Origin: a virus
Taxonomy: Duplodnaviria; Heunggongvirae; Uroviricota; Caudoviricetes
Virus record (IMG/VR): IMGVR_UViG_3300020714_000006
DNA: 64,000 nt
Reading direction: 5' to 3' (one strand)
In this document: in pieces, positions 10,414 through 20,319 of the stretch
Layout of the letters: every line of letters starts with the position of its first letter
How positions within the stretch are numbered: position 1 is the stretch's first letter
Program-made: the position numbers and the translations under genes
The notes under the pieces: model-generated
The model's input: only the letters and a program-made list of their open reading frames with translations
The model's database searches: none
Told to the model about the DNA's origin: nothing

Positions 10414-10920
10414 ATGAATATACTAACATTAGATAACGTATCATTTTCACTGAATAATCTACCAGATACTGTAGACGATGATACAAGATTTGCTGTTTTA
10501 GATAACAGCAATGTTTTAAACCCTGATTTCTTTTTTGTACCACTTATATTTCTAGAATCATTCAATGCACCCGCGATGGTTCTTAAAATAGGTGGACAAG
10601 AAATATCAATGCCATTAGATTGGCAAATAGCAGTGGGTGATGCAAACAGTGCAACCAATATTGAAATAATACCATTAACTAGTTTAAACGATAGAGGATT
10701 TGATGCATTGGTATTTAATCCATTGACATCACATAGACTAGAATTTAAACCTATAGAAATAGTTAATTTTTATAGCGATATAAAATGGTATTTTCCTAAA
10801 ATGAAAAATGGACAACTATTAGCAATGCCATTAAATTCTGGACCTAAACCAGATTGTGCTTACTTTGTTAAAGAAGTATCACGACAAAATGAGATTATAC
10901 ATCTAGACAAATTATTATAA
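10414..10920 (+). CDS. Hypothetical protein (possible degenerate Hint-like beta fold)
   Basis: Clean ORF with AAGGA RBS; fold is a guess from the beta-strand pattern. Confidence 0.65.
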   Translation: MNILTLDNVSFSLNNLPDTVDDDTRFAVLDNSNVLNPDFFFVPLIFLESFNAPAMVLKIGGQEISMPLDWQIAVGDANSATNIEIIPLTSLNDRGFDALVFNPLTSHRLEFKPIEIVNFYSDIKWYFPKMKNGQLLAMPLNSGPKPDCAYFVKEVSRQNEIIHLDKLL

Positions 10921-10941
10921 CTTTGCTATAATAGGAAACTT

Positions 10942-11430
10942 ATGGGAAAAAATAAACACGTAGACCTATTTACAGATATGATACCAGCTGTAGATCTTAA
11001 AATAATAGAACTATGGGATGCATCAACAGATGAAGGTAGAAAAGAAATCGTCGTTGATTTATGGAACTTAAATCGGTATATCAGTAGCGTTAAAACTAGT
11101 AATAGAGATATACAAGAATATTTTGTTTTAGCAGTAAATGAATATTATAACAAACATTGGTTCATTATTCAAAAACATCCAAAACTGTTATGGATGTTAC
11201 TTTGTGCATGTAGTTATGATGGTAAAACAAAATTCTATCATGAATGGATTGGTAATAAAAAGAAAACTGGCACTACTGATAAAAAAGTAAAATTCTTAGC
11301 TAACTTGTATCCAACTAAAAAAATGAGTGATATTGAACTATTAGCTCTTAAGTATTCTGATAAAGAAATACAAGAATTAGCGAAGGATTTAGGATGGGAC
11401 AAATCAGAAATTAATAAACAACTAACATGA
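10942..11430 (+). CDS. Probable clamp-loader small subunit (gp62-like)
   Basis: LNRYISSV..NEYYNKHW..KHPKLLW..EWI pattern; lies in the replication cluster. Confidence 0.5.
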   Translation: MGKNKHVDLFTDMIPAVDLKIIELWDASTDEGRKEIVVDLWNLNRYISSVKTSNRDIQEYFVLAVNEYYNKHWFIIQKHPKLLWMLLCACSYDGKTKFYHEWIGNKKKTGTTDKKVKFLANLYPTKKMSDIELLALKYSDKEIQELAKDLGWDKSEINKQLT

Positions 11431-11432
11431 CA

Positions 11433-12191
11433 TTAGTTATTTATTAACTTATTTAATGCATAAAGTGATAAATTTAATGCTAATTGTGCATCTTTTTTAC
11501 AAGAATATGTGATATTATTTATGGTTACTGATTTTGCATTTGAGTTATCTCCACCAAGTCTTTTTCCTTTTCTATTATTAGACATAATAGTTCTTGTTTC
11601 AATAGATACAACTCTATTCATAGTAGTAATGGACCGACTTTTCTTTAGGAGATTGGCTTTTTCAACACCATATATTTCTTCATATGTTTTTCCTTTTATA
11701 CATGTGGTTTTGCCTTTATTTTTATTAGATATACCTTTTCTTGCTATACTTAATTTTAATTTATGTTCAGCAGATTTAGGACCAGTTGATACGCCTTTTT
11801 GAGTTAACGAACGTTTAATGTTTGATTCTATAGACTGTTTACGACCGTTGTGTGCTTTACTAAGCGCTTCACTTCTTAATCTACGTGACATATCATATAG
11901 TTTTGATTTTGGTATATATCTTTCTTGGAAAGAATTAGATGAAAACATCATATTTAATGCAAATATCATTTTATATCTATATTCACCTGTTGTCATTTTT
12001 GTTAATAATAGGTGGCATATATAATGCTCTCGCGCTGACAAACTAACTAAATTGTCTTTTGAGTTATCACCATTTAATGATTTTGGAATTATATGATGCT
12101 TTTCTGTATAATAATTATTATTAAGTCTTGACTTTGCTGATAAAATTATGTTATAATAATATATAGTATATTTATTTTGGATGAAAATCAT
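11433..12191 (-). CDS. HNH homing endonuclease with NUMOD3 repeats, antisense insertion
   Basis: TEKHHIIPKS..GDNSKDNLVSLSAREHYICHLLL. Confidence 0.88.
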   Translation of the reverse strand: MIFIQNKYTIYYYNIILSAKSRLNNNYYTEKHHIIPKSLNGDNSKDNLVSLSAREHYICHLLLTKMTTGEYRYKMIFALNMMFSSNSFQERYIPKSKLYDMSRRLRSEALSKAHNGRKQSIESNIKRSLTQKGVSTGPKSAEHKLKLSIARKGISNKNKGKTTCIKGKTYEEIYGVEKANLLKKSRSITTMNRVVSIETRTIMSNNRKGKRLGGDNSNAKSVTINNITYSCKKDAQLALNLSLYALNKLINN

Positions 12192-12878
12192 ATGGAAACT
12201 CCGTTAGAAAATAAATGCATGTATTGCAATAAAGTATATAAAAATCCTAATACTTTATTTATCCATGTATGTGAACAAAAACGTAGAGCATTAGCACAAC
12301 ATGAAAAACATGTTGTTCTAGGATTTGATACATATAGAAAATTTTACAAAGCAACACAAAATATAAATCATGAAAAAACTTATGAAGAATTTTGTAAAAG
12401 CCCATACTATAATGCATTCGTTAAGTTTGGTAGTTTTGTAAGTAATGTCAAACCATTATACCCAGACAACTTTATTACATATGTAATAAACAGTGGGGTT
12501 AAACTAGATCATTGGTCTAGAGATGAGTTATATGATAAATACGTGGTTGATTTGATTAAAACTGAAAATGTAGAAACCGCCCTCACTAGAAGTGTAAATC
12601 ATATGATTGAATGGGCGGATACTAATAATTCAGCATGGAATCATTACTTTCTATATGTAAGCTTGTCTCGTGCAACCTACGATATTAAAGATGGAAAAAT
12701 TAGTCCTTGGCTAGTTTTAAATGCACCATCTGGCAAATCATTATTGAAAAAACTCAACGATGAACAATTGTCAGCAATTGGTGTTGTTATTGATCCACAA
12801 TACTGGATGCACAAATTTAAAAAATCACAACCCGACTTAGAATTAGTTAAACAAATAATCAAGGAATCAAACTTATGA
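12192..12878 (+). CDS. Hypothetical protein with N-terminal C2HC/C2H2 zinc finger (start may be 12177)
   Basis: CMYCNKVY...FIHVC. Confidence 0.7.
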   Translation: METPLENKCMYCNKVYKNPNTLFIHVCEQKRRALAQHEKHVVLGFDTYRKFYKATQNINHEKTYEEFCKSPYYNAFVKFGSFVSNVKPLYPDNFITYVINSGVKLDHWSRDELYDKYVVDLIKTENVETALTRSVNHMIEWADTNNSAWNHYFLYVSLSRATYDIKDGKISPWLVLNAPSGKSLLKKLNDEQLSAIGVVIDPQYWMHKFKKSQPDLELVKQIIKESNL

Positions 12879-13048
12879 TTGAAGAAGATAAAATTCCTGT
12901 AGATATTTCCATTTTTGTGACCGAAGATGATAATAGTGTTTATGTAAAATTTACTGGATTTGATTGTATTGAATCAGCTGATGATTATGCAGACCACCTA
13001 TCTAAGTATCTTCCACTCATGCTTTTTGAATCAAAAGTAGTACATTAA
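12875..13048 (+). CDS. Small hypothetical protein (57 aa; not in the ORF track)
   Basis: ATGA overlap at the 5' end and TAATG overlap at the 3' end; MIEEDKIPVDISIF... Confidence 0.65.
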   Translation: MIEEDKIPVDISIFVTEDDNSVYVKFTGFDCIESADDYADHLSKYLPLMLFESKVVH

Positions 13049-13623
13049 TGGATATAGATATAGATTTTGCAAATAGGCAATTTGCATTAGAAAAAATAAA
13101 ACATATAATAGCAGTAAGACAAACAGACACAGATATAGTAACACACAATACAGGTGTGTATTTTCAAAACATTCCTCATAACCCAGTTAATAATTTTTCA
13201 ACAATAGATTATAAAACTGCGGAACAACGAGGTTATTTTAAAATTGATTTCTTAAATGTTCACATATACAATGACATTAAAGATAACGATCATTTACTTA
13301 AACTGATGGAGACTGAACCAATATGGGACCTACTACAAAACGAAGAATTTGTAAATCTATTATTTCATTTGAACGGACACGTAGACATTCTACAGAAGAC
13401 ATTGCCGACTTCCGTGGAACAATTAGCTGCCGTCCTGTCAATGATACGACCAGCGAAACGCTATCTGATTGGGAAAGATTGGAACACTATAATGAACGAG
13501 GTCTGGGTAAAACCGGATAACGGAGAATATTATTTTAAACATAGCCACGCAATTAGCTACGCAATGGCAGTTATAGTTCATATGAACTTACTATGTGAAA
13601 AATTATCTAGTGTTTCTGACTAA
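13048..13623 (+). CDS. Miniature DnaE (Pol III alpha) palm-like protein
   Basis: DIDIDF, HNTGVYF, FKIDFLN, MIRPA and FKHSHAISYA parallel the DnaE motifs. Confidence 0.75.
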   Translation: MDIDIDFANRQFALEKIKHIIAVRQTDTDIVTHNTGVYFQNIPHNPVNNFSTIDYKTAEQRGYFKIDFLNVHIYNDIKDNDHLLKLMETEPIWDLLQNEEFVNLLFHLNGHVDILQKTLPTSVEQLAAVLSMIRPAKRYLIGKDWNTIMNEVWVKPDNGEYYFKHSHAISYAMAVIVHMNLLCEKLSSVSD

Positions 13624-13977
13624 GGTTATAGATTTACGTTTTACACGTTTGATTGTTAGGTCCATTAAATTAACTACTGGACCTAAAATTATTCGCACAT
13701 CTTTACTATTGAAAGTTTTAACTGCATATGCAAATGGTATTAATTGATCACGACAAAATATAGATATAGGAAATTGACGATTGGATTCCCACCACCATAT
13801 CTCACCAATTTCTATAAACGTCGTCTTTTCTTCTTGTGTCTTTATACAATTTAAATCATAAAAAGTTGTAACAAATTGATCTTGATTTATAATTATACCA
13901 ATATATTCGTTATTGCCATATGTTAGTACACTTATAAATGGTAAATTATGCTCTATGTTATCTCGTAATGTAGTCAT
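13603..13977 (-). CDS. Hypothetical protein
   Basis: ORF with a minus-strand ATAAATA at about 14000. Confidence 0.7.
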   Translation of the reverse strand: MTTLRDNIEHNLPFISVLTYGNNEYIGIIINQDQFVTTFYDLNCIKTQEEKTTFIEIGEIWWWESNRQFPISIFCRDQLIPFAYAVKTFNSKDVRIILGPVVNLMDLTIKRVKRKSITLVRNTR

Positions 13978-13999
13978 TGATGTCCAAGTAATTCCTATC

Positions 14000-14027
14000 T
14001 ATTTATCATATACAATTTCGATAAATA
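14000..14027. promoter_or_regulatory. Back-to-back late-type promoters
   Basis: TATTTAT at about 14000 and ATAAATA at 14021 face the divergent genes; resembles the T4 late promoter TATAAATA. Confidence 0.6.
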
Positions 14028-14049
14028 CTATATTCAAAGGATTTACCAG

Positions 14050-14895
14050 ATGCAAAAAATAATAACTTATTTATATACAAATAGAATACAATTACTGGCT
14101 GGTCTGGCAGGTTTTAATGTGGAGTATACCAACGTGTATCAAAGAAATGTAAAAATATATAGCGGTATAGATAATACCCTAGAATTCGATATAAAGAATG
14201 CTGATCAGAAAAGAGTTGACCTAACAACACTGACTTTATTATCACTTAATGTAATGGACATCAATGGAAATGGATTACCTAATAGTCCTTATACATTAAC
14301 TACAACTGCAACCAAAGGTATTGCAACAGTTATTATACCAGCCGTTGATTTAGAATTATTAACACCACAAACCCTGCAATATAGCGTTACTGCATACCAA
14401 GGAGCAACGCCAGTTATATTGTATACTGATAGTCATTTTGGTGCATTAGGTAACCTAGAACTAATCGGAAGTGCAGTGCCAGTTACAAAACCAAACCGAG
14501 TATTTGATTCATTTTCAGGTGAAATTGATTACATGGGCAATGTTCTAAATCATAGTAGCGCAATACCAGCAAAATATTACGAAGCTATACCAACGACTAG
14601 CCTTAACTTCTCGGTAAGTTGTACCGATTTTGTCGGAACTATATATCTAGAAGCTACTACAGATCAAACAATATCAGTAGAATCTTTTAGAAATTCTCCA
14701 CAATTACAATCATGGACAACTAATACACCAACAACTTCATCTATAACTTTTAGTGCAATTCCAATAGGTGATTATTGCTACTTCAGAATAGTATGGCATA
14801 ATCCATTACACGGGTTTACTTATGGTCCAAATTCACCATATAATCCAGGATTTACCAATAATTCAGGGTTAGTAAATAACGTTACAGTTTCTTAA
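14050..14895 (+). CDS. Probable virion structural protein (Ig/BppU-like N-terminus)
   Basis: Beta-rich and Thr/Gly-rich; late promoter upstream. Confidence 0.5.
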   Translation: MQKIITYLYTNRIQLLAGLAGFNVEYTNVYQRNVKIYSGIDNTLEFDIKNADQKRVDLTTLTLLSLNVMDINGNGLPNSPYTLTTTATKGIATVIIPAVDLELLTPQTLQYSVTAYQGATPVILYTDSHFGALGNLELIGSAVPVTKPNRVFDSFSGEIDYMGNVLNHSSAIPAKYYEAIPTTSLNFSVSCTDFVGTIYLEATTDQTISVESFRNSPQLQSWTTNTPTTSSITFSAIPIGDYCYFRIVWHNPLHGFTYGPNSPYNPGFTNNSGLVNNVTVS

Positions 14896-14938
14896 GTTAT
14901 TCATTGACATTCGTTTAGTATTATAGTATAATACTTAA

Positions 14939-15907
14939 ATGTCAATGATACCAGATACCTTAAAATTATACTTACCAGCTAAACAAAAACTAACCCCTAG
15001 CGGTTGGATTAGCTTTAACGCAGTCTGCTGTGCAGATAACAGAAATCGTGGAGGATTAATAATAAATGAAGGTAATGCGATAAGTTATTCATGTTTCCAT
15101 TGTGGATTTAAAGCAAGTTGGCAACCAGGTAGACAACTTAGTAAAAATATGAAACAATTTATGCGTTATCTGAGTATACCAGATAACGTCATTAATAAAC
15201 TTAGTTTTGAAGCAATTAAACTTCTTAATGAATATACTACTAATACATCTATACAACTATTACCAACATTTAATAATAGAGCACTACCATTAGATGCAGA
15301 ACCAATAACAAACTTTATTAAGGATGTCCCTGATAAATTGTTACCAGTATTAAGTTATATCCATTCTAGAGGACTATACCTAGAAGATTACAACTTCCAT
15401 TGGACTCCAAAAACAGGTTTTAATAATAGATTAATAATACCATTCTACTATAAAAATAATATAGTAGGGTATACCGCTAGAGCAGTCAATGAAGATAAAA
15501 CTAGATACCTATCTGAACAACAACCTGGTTATGTATTCAATATTGATAAACAATTTGATGACAGAAAAATTGTCATAGTATGTGAAGGACCACTAGATGC
15601 AATAAGCATCGATGGATGTGCTTTACTAGGATCGGAAATAAAAGAACAACAAAACTTCCTACTTCAAACTATTCATAAAGAAATAGTTCTAGTACCAGAT
15701 AAAGATAAAGCTGGTCAGAAAGTAGTTCATCAAGCATTGGAATATGGCTGGTCAGTTAGTATGCCAGACTTCCCAGATGGTATAAAAGATATCAATGACG
15801 CCGTAGTTAAACTTGGCCGATTAGCTACACTTTACTTAATAGTAAAAGCAAAACAAACCAATTCTCTTAAAATACAACTACGAGAAAAACAATGGTTTAA
15901 AACCTAA
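14939..15907 (+). CDS. DNA primase (Zn finger plus TOPRIM)
   Basis: NAVCC..CFHCG; VCEGPLDA; PDKDKAG; IKDINDA; sigma70 promoter at about 14905. Confidence 0.88.
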   Translation: MSMIPDTLKLYLPAKQKLTPSGWISFNAVCCADNRNRGGLIINEGNAISYSCFHCGFKASWQPGRQLSKNMKQFMRYLSIPDNVINKLSFEAIKLLNEYTTNTSIQLLPTFNNRALPLDAEPITNFIKDVPDKLLPVLSYIHSRGLYLEDYNFHWTPKTGFNNRLIIPFYYKNNIVGYTARAVNEDKTRYLSEQQPGYVFNIDKQFDDRKIVIVCEGPLDAISIDGCALLGSEIKEQQNFLLQTIHKEIVLVPDKDKAGQKVVHQALEYGWSVSMPDFPDGIKDINDAVVKLGRLATLYLIVKAKQTNSLKIQLREKQWFKT

Positions 15908-15941
15908 CAAGGATGTTAGGAACAAATTTAAAGGATTAAAT

Positions 15942-17219
15942 ATGAAACAAAATTACAACTACGATTTGAACATCCAAAAATTATATTTGGAAATGATGTT
16001 GGCAGATGCAGAAACATTTGTTAGATGTCAATCAATATTTGATCATGCACTATTTGATAGAAAATTGCAAGAACCAGCAGAATTTATCAATACATATGTG
16101 GAAACATTTAATGTATTACCAACCTATGAAATAGTAAATGCCGCTACCAACTCATCTTTTAAACAACCAGAAAATCTAAAAGAACAAAACTTTGATTGGC
16201 TATTAGTCGAATTTGAAACATTTACAAGACATAAAGGTCTAGAACGAGCTATCCTAGAATCTGCCGATATGCTAGAAAAAGGCGACTATGGCTCAGTAGA
16301 AGATAAAATTAAAAAAGCTGTACAAATCGGGTTGCAAAAAGATATGGGTACAGATTACTTTGCTAACCCACGTGCACGTCTATCTAAAATCAAAGATAAA
16401 AATGGACAACTATCTACTGGTTGGAAAGCAGTAGACGAAAAACTATTCGGAGGTATGAATAGAGGTGAACTTAATATCTTTGCTGGTGGGTCTGGTGCTG
16501 GTAAATCATTATTCCTAGCTAATCTAGGAGTTAACTGGGCATTACAAGGACTTAATGTAATCTACCTTACTCTAGAACTTTCTGAAGAACTAGTATCTAT
16601 GCGTATAGATTCTATGATGACCGGTATCCCAACCAGAGATGTATTCAAGAACATAGACGATGTAGAAATGAAAGTCAAAATGATTGGCAAAAAAGCTGGA
16701 TCATTACAAGTAAAATACATGGCTTCCGGTAAAACTTCTAATGATATACGTTCTTATCTTAAAGAATTTGAAGTAAAAACAGGTAGAAAAGTAGATGTTC
16801 TTCTAGTAGATTACCTGGATTTACTAATGCCAATCAGTAAAAAAATATCACCTGCTGACTTATTCATTAAAGACAAATACGTTTCAGAAGAACTTAGAAA
16901 TTTAGCAGTTGAAAAAAATTGTATCTTTGTTACCGCTTCACAGTTAAACAGATGTCTTTCTTTATCTACAATAGTGGAAGTTAATGGCATATTAACTCCC
17001 ATCAGTAATATAAAAGTAGGGGATTTTATAACGGCTAACACAGAATGTGTTCAAGTATTGGAGGTATTACCAATTGTAAAACAACCGGTGTTTGAAATTA
17101 CTACTAAATCTGGTAAAAAAATAAAATGTAGTGCAAAACACAAATTTCCAACTTTTACCGGATTACAAACACTTGAAACAGGGTTAAAGATAGGCGATAA
17201 ACTAATAATAAAAAAATAA
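15942..17219 (+). CDS. DnaB/gp41-like replicative helicase, N-terminal part plus split intein N-half
   Basis: GGSGAGKS, TLELSEE, VDYLDL, TASQLNR|CLSL. Confidence 0.9.
   Translation: MKQNYNYDLNIQKLYLEMMLADAETFVRCQSIFDHALFDRKLQEPAEFINTYVETFNVLPTYEIVNAATNSSFKQPENLKEQNFDWLLVEFETFTRHKGLERAILESADMLEKGDYGSVEDKIKKAVQIGLQKDMGTDYFANPRARLSKIKDKNGQLSTGWKAVDEKLFGGMNRGELNIFAGGSGAGKSLFLANLGVNWALQGLNVIYLTLELSEELVSMRIDSMMTGIPTRDVFKNIDDVEMKVKMIGKKAGSLQVKYMASGKTSNDIRSYLKEFEVKTGRKVDVLLVDYLDLLMPISKKISPADLFIKDKYVSEELRNLAVEKNCIFVTASQLNRCLSLSTIVEVNGILTPISNIKVGDFITANTECVQVLEVLPIVKQPVFEITTKSGKKIKCSAKHKFPTFTGLQTLETGLKIGDKLIIKK
16953..17219 (+). mobile_element. Split intein N-half (88 aa), gp41-8-like
   Basis: CLSLST..VLPIVKQPVFEI..KSGKKI..SAKHKFPT. 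Confidence 0.9.
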
Positions 17220-17272
17220 AAAATGTATAGTTTGTGTCGCAGTGATAATAATAGTATTTAAGGAAACAACAT

Positions 17273-18415
17273 ATGAATACTATATATACTAGTTCTAAAG
17301 CATTACATAAATTAAATTTATCTCAGCATCAAATTGATATGATCAACACAATAGAATTTGAAGAACATAAACGCCAATGGTTAATTAGCAAAATACAACA
17401 ATATACAAAATATAATTACCCATTAGAAGTATTAGTTAGAAACTATGATAAAATACTATTATTGGGTAGAGATTCGTCAAGTATAAAATCATATATAACT
17501 AGATTTGGTGAATCTTTAGGGATGGAACTTTTTAATAAAAAAGTGAAAGATACTACAGTTACTAATGAAAGATTAATAAGAACCTTTGGTGAAGAATTAG
17601 CAAATAAAATTAAACATAAAAGAAGTGCATGTATCGAAGTATATATTGAACGACATGGAATAGAACTTGGCACACAAAAATGGAACGACTATTTAAAAAA
17701 TAGAAAGATAGCATATCAAAATAAACGTGAAGCTGGTCATATCTACCCAAAATATACGCTTGAATATTATAAAAAGTTGTATGGTGATATAAAGGGTAGT
17801 GATATATATTATAAAAAAATAAATTCACAACGGTATAAAGTATCAAAGGCATATTACATAGACCAATATGGCCCGATAGATGGACCAATCTTATGCAGGA
17901 ACAGCAAAGACCACAGCAGTATTGAGTATTTTATAAAAAAATATGGGGATATAAACGGTGTTATTCAATATAACAATCATAAGAATAAAATGAAAATAGT
18001 AGCTAGCAAAAAAACGTACATTTATTATTCTGAAATGAGTTATGCATTTTTTAACTCTATAAAAGACATTATATTAGATTTGCAATATTACGGGCCAAAT
18101 GAACTAAAATGGGCAGTTAAACCAAATGAATTTATAACTCAGGCATTGATATGTCCAGATTTATTTTATAATGGAAAGATTATAGAATTTAATGGAGATG
18201 TTTTTCATGGCAATCCTGCGTTATTTTTAGATGAAGATTGTCCACACCCATTTCAAAAACATTTAACTGCTGCTAAACTACAAGAACTAGACAATAACAG
18301 ATACAAATATTTTAATAAACTTGGATATGATGTATTGGTTATTTGGGAAAACGATTACAACAATAATAAAGAAAAGGAATTAATAAAATGCATACAATTT
18401 TTAATGAACAAATAA
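17273..18415 (+). CDS. Vsr-like/PD-(D/E)xK homing endonuclease between the split-intein halves
   Basis: PDLFYNGKIIEFNGDVFHGNP..GYDVLVIWEND; repeated KKYG units. Confidence 0.85.
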   Translation: MNTIYTSSKALHKLNLSQHQIDMINTIEFEEHKRQWLISKIQQYTKYNYPLEVLVRNYDKILLLGRDSSSIKSYITRFGESLGMELFNKKVKDTTVTNERLIRTFGEELANKIKHKRSACIEVYIERHGIELGTQKWNDYLKNRKIAYQNKREAGHIYPKYTLEYYKKLYGDIKGSDIYYKKINSQRYKVSKAYYIDQYGPIDGPILCRNSKDHSSIEYFIKKYGDINGVIQYNNHKNKMKIVASKKTYIYYSEMSYAFFNSIKDIILDLQYYGPNELKWAVKPNEFITQALICPDLFYNGKIIEFNGDVFHGNPALFLDEDCPHPFQKHLTAAKLQELDNNRYKYFNKLGYDVLVIWENDYNNNKEKELIKCIQFLMNK

Positions 18416-18921
18416 ATGAATGGGATGAAATAGTATCAATTACATATGTTGGTATGGAAGATACTATAGATATAAACGTAAGTGGCGACAAATTGTTTTA
18501 TGCAAACGAAATTCTCACTCATAATTGTGCAGTTGATGAAGTAGAATTTGACCACTCTCATATATCAGGTGGACTTTCTAAAATACAAACAGCTGATAAT
18601 GTATTTGGTATCTTTACTTCTAGAGCAATGCGCGAACGTGGTAAATATCAAATCCAACTTATGAAAACTAGAAGCTCTTCTGGTGTAGGTCAAAAAATAG
18701 ATTTAGATTTTAATATCGATTCACTTAGAATTACCGATACAGAAGATATGGAATTAGGTAATATGAGTGGCACACAATCTACTGGATCAGCACTCCTTAA
18801 TAGTATTAAAAGTAGAGCATTCGTTGAACCAAATGATGGCAATGATGCTCCTAAAATAAAAGCTGATGTGCAAAGTTCTAGACTAAGAGATCTTATTAAT
18901 AACCTTCCTAGTAATGAATAA
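18388..18921 (+). CDS. Split intein C-half (46 aa) plus DnaB C-terminal part
   Basis: WDEIVSITYVGMEDTIDINVS..ILTHN|CAV; KIQTADNVFGI; QLMKTR. Confidence 0.9.
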   Translation: MHTIFNEQINEWDEIVSITYVGMEDTIDINVSGDKLFYANEILTHNCAVDEVEFDHSHISGGLSKIQTADNVFGIFTSRAMRERGKYQIQLMKTRSSSGVGQKIDLDFNIDSLRITDTEDMELGNMSGTQSTGSALLNSIKSRAFVEPNDGNDAPKIKADVQSSRLRDLINNLPSNE

Positions 18922-19141
18922 TAATGAATTTATATATAAAGCAAAAATATATCTGCCTAAAACAGATATAAATAAACCATCAACATGGCTTACTGATTTA
19001 TATACATTAGAACAATGGCTCAATCAACATATCGGAATACATATGCAAGATTGGGCCTATGTCAAAACCAGAGATAACCTTACCATAGGTTTCAAAAAAC
19101 CTGAACACAAAACTTTCTTCCTAATATATTATGATAAATAG
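18914..19141 (+). CDS. Small protein distantly like the WFxLRW family
   Basis: LEQWLNQHIG..DW..IGFKKPEHKTFFL. Confidence 0.6.
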   Translation: MNNNEFIYKAKIYLPKTDINKPSTWLTDLYTLEQWLNQHIGIHMQDWAYVKTRDNLTIGFKKPEHKTFFLIYYDK

Positions 19142-19145
19142 TAGT

Positions 19146-20312
19146 ATGAAAATGAATGAACTACTATCAGAAAATATAGATATCAATACCACAAAACCAC
19201 GCAACAAAAAATTGCGTGGTCCTGTTCCAGATTGGCCACCAGAGCAAGATTCTGATACATATCAAGCACCAGATCGCAAAAATCTTGATTATAAATCAGT
19301 CACTAAACGCATCCCGCAATTAACCGCTGCTTCTGATAAATTGGCTGCAGGAGAGATAGATAGATATGAATATCAACGATTAGTAAATAAACATAAACCA
19401 GTTTCATCATATGATGCCCTTCCAGATTCCGCAGATGATGAAACTATCAAACAATATCTACGCCCCGACGCTAGAGACCCAGATAAACTTAATAAAGTAG
19501 GCAATCAAATTCCAGACGGTGCTCCAGTAGAACTACGATTAGATATCCCAGCTTATACCTCTAGCGGTACATGGGTGGTTGCAGTTCACGGCCCAGGTGT
19601 TAGTTCTCCTCTTGCATATAGAGCAACCGCTATCGCTAACGATATATCCTTTAGACTCCCAGAAAAAAGCGCACACTATATTGCTAGAAATATGAACGCT
19701 AAAGGTGAAGTACAAGATAAAACACCTATCGCTACAATTAAAGGTAAATGGGAAGAAGCTACTCCAGCACAAGCACGTGCAGAAGCAGAACAAGCACTTG
19801 CGTCTTCAAAATCAAAAAATCCACAATGGATTCAAATTGGTATGGACCCAGAACGCCATTCCTATTTTTACGATAGAAAAACAACACAAATCGGTAACCA
19901 CAAAATCCATAGACCAGTAGAATCAGGTTCTCGCGTTATTCAAGTCGGCAGCTTAGTGTTCCTTAAAGATCCAGTCTACGGTGACTTCGACACCAAAATG
20001 TACGAACTATCTATTCAAGAAACTCTAAAACAAATAGACGAAGAAATTATTGCTGAATTATCTTTCCATGGATCAAAATGTACCCAAGATTGCTCCGGTC
20101 ATAAAGCTGGGTTTTCATGGGAGAAAAAACATAATCAAAATGTTAGACAACAAACTCCTAGTAATAGCTTTAATAACGGTACTCAAATAGCTACCGATAT
20201 GCGAGGAAAAGGTAGAATTAATGCCATCGGTTCAAATATCAAAAATGATAAAGGCCAATTTACTAAGTTCCAACAAATACCAAGATCACAGTATACAAGA
20301 CCAACACAATAA
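19146..20312 (+). CDS. Late hypothetical protein with MKMNELLSE leader
   Basis: ATAAATA at 19134; C-terminal CTQDCSGHKAG motif. Confidence 0.7.
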   Translation: MKMNELLSENIDINTTKPRNKKLRGPVPDWPPEQDSDTYQAPDRKNLDYKSVTKRIPQLTAASDKLAAGEIDRYEYQRLVNKHKPVSSYDALPDSADDETIKQYLRPDARDPDKLNKVGNQIPDGAPVELRLDIPAYTSSGTWVVAVHGPGVSSPLAYRATAIANDISFRLPEKSAHYIARNMNAKGEVQDKTPIATIKGKWEEATPAQARAEAEQALASSKSKNPQWIQIGMDPERHSYFYDRKTTQIGNHKIHRPVESGSRVIQVGSLVFLKDPVYGDFDTKMYELSIQETLKQIDEEIIAELSFHGSKCTQDCSGHKAGFSWEKKHNQNVRQQTPSNSFNNGTQIATDMRGKGRINAIGSNIKNDKGQFTKFQQIPRSQYTRPTQ

Positions 20313-20319
20313 GCGCAAA

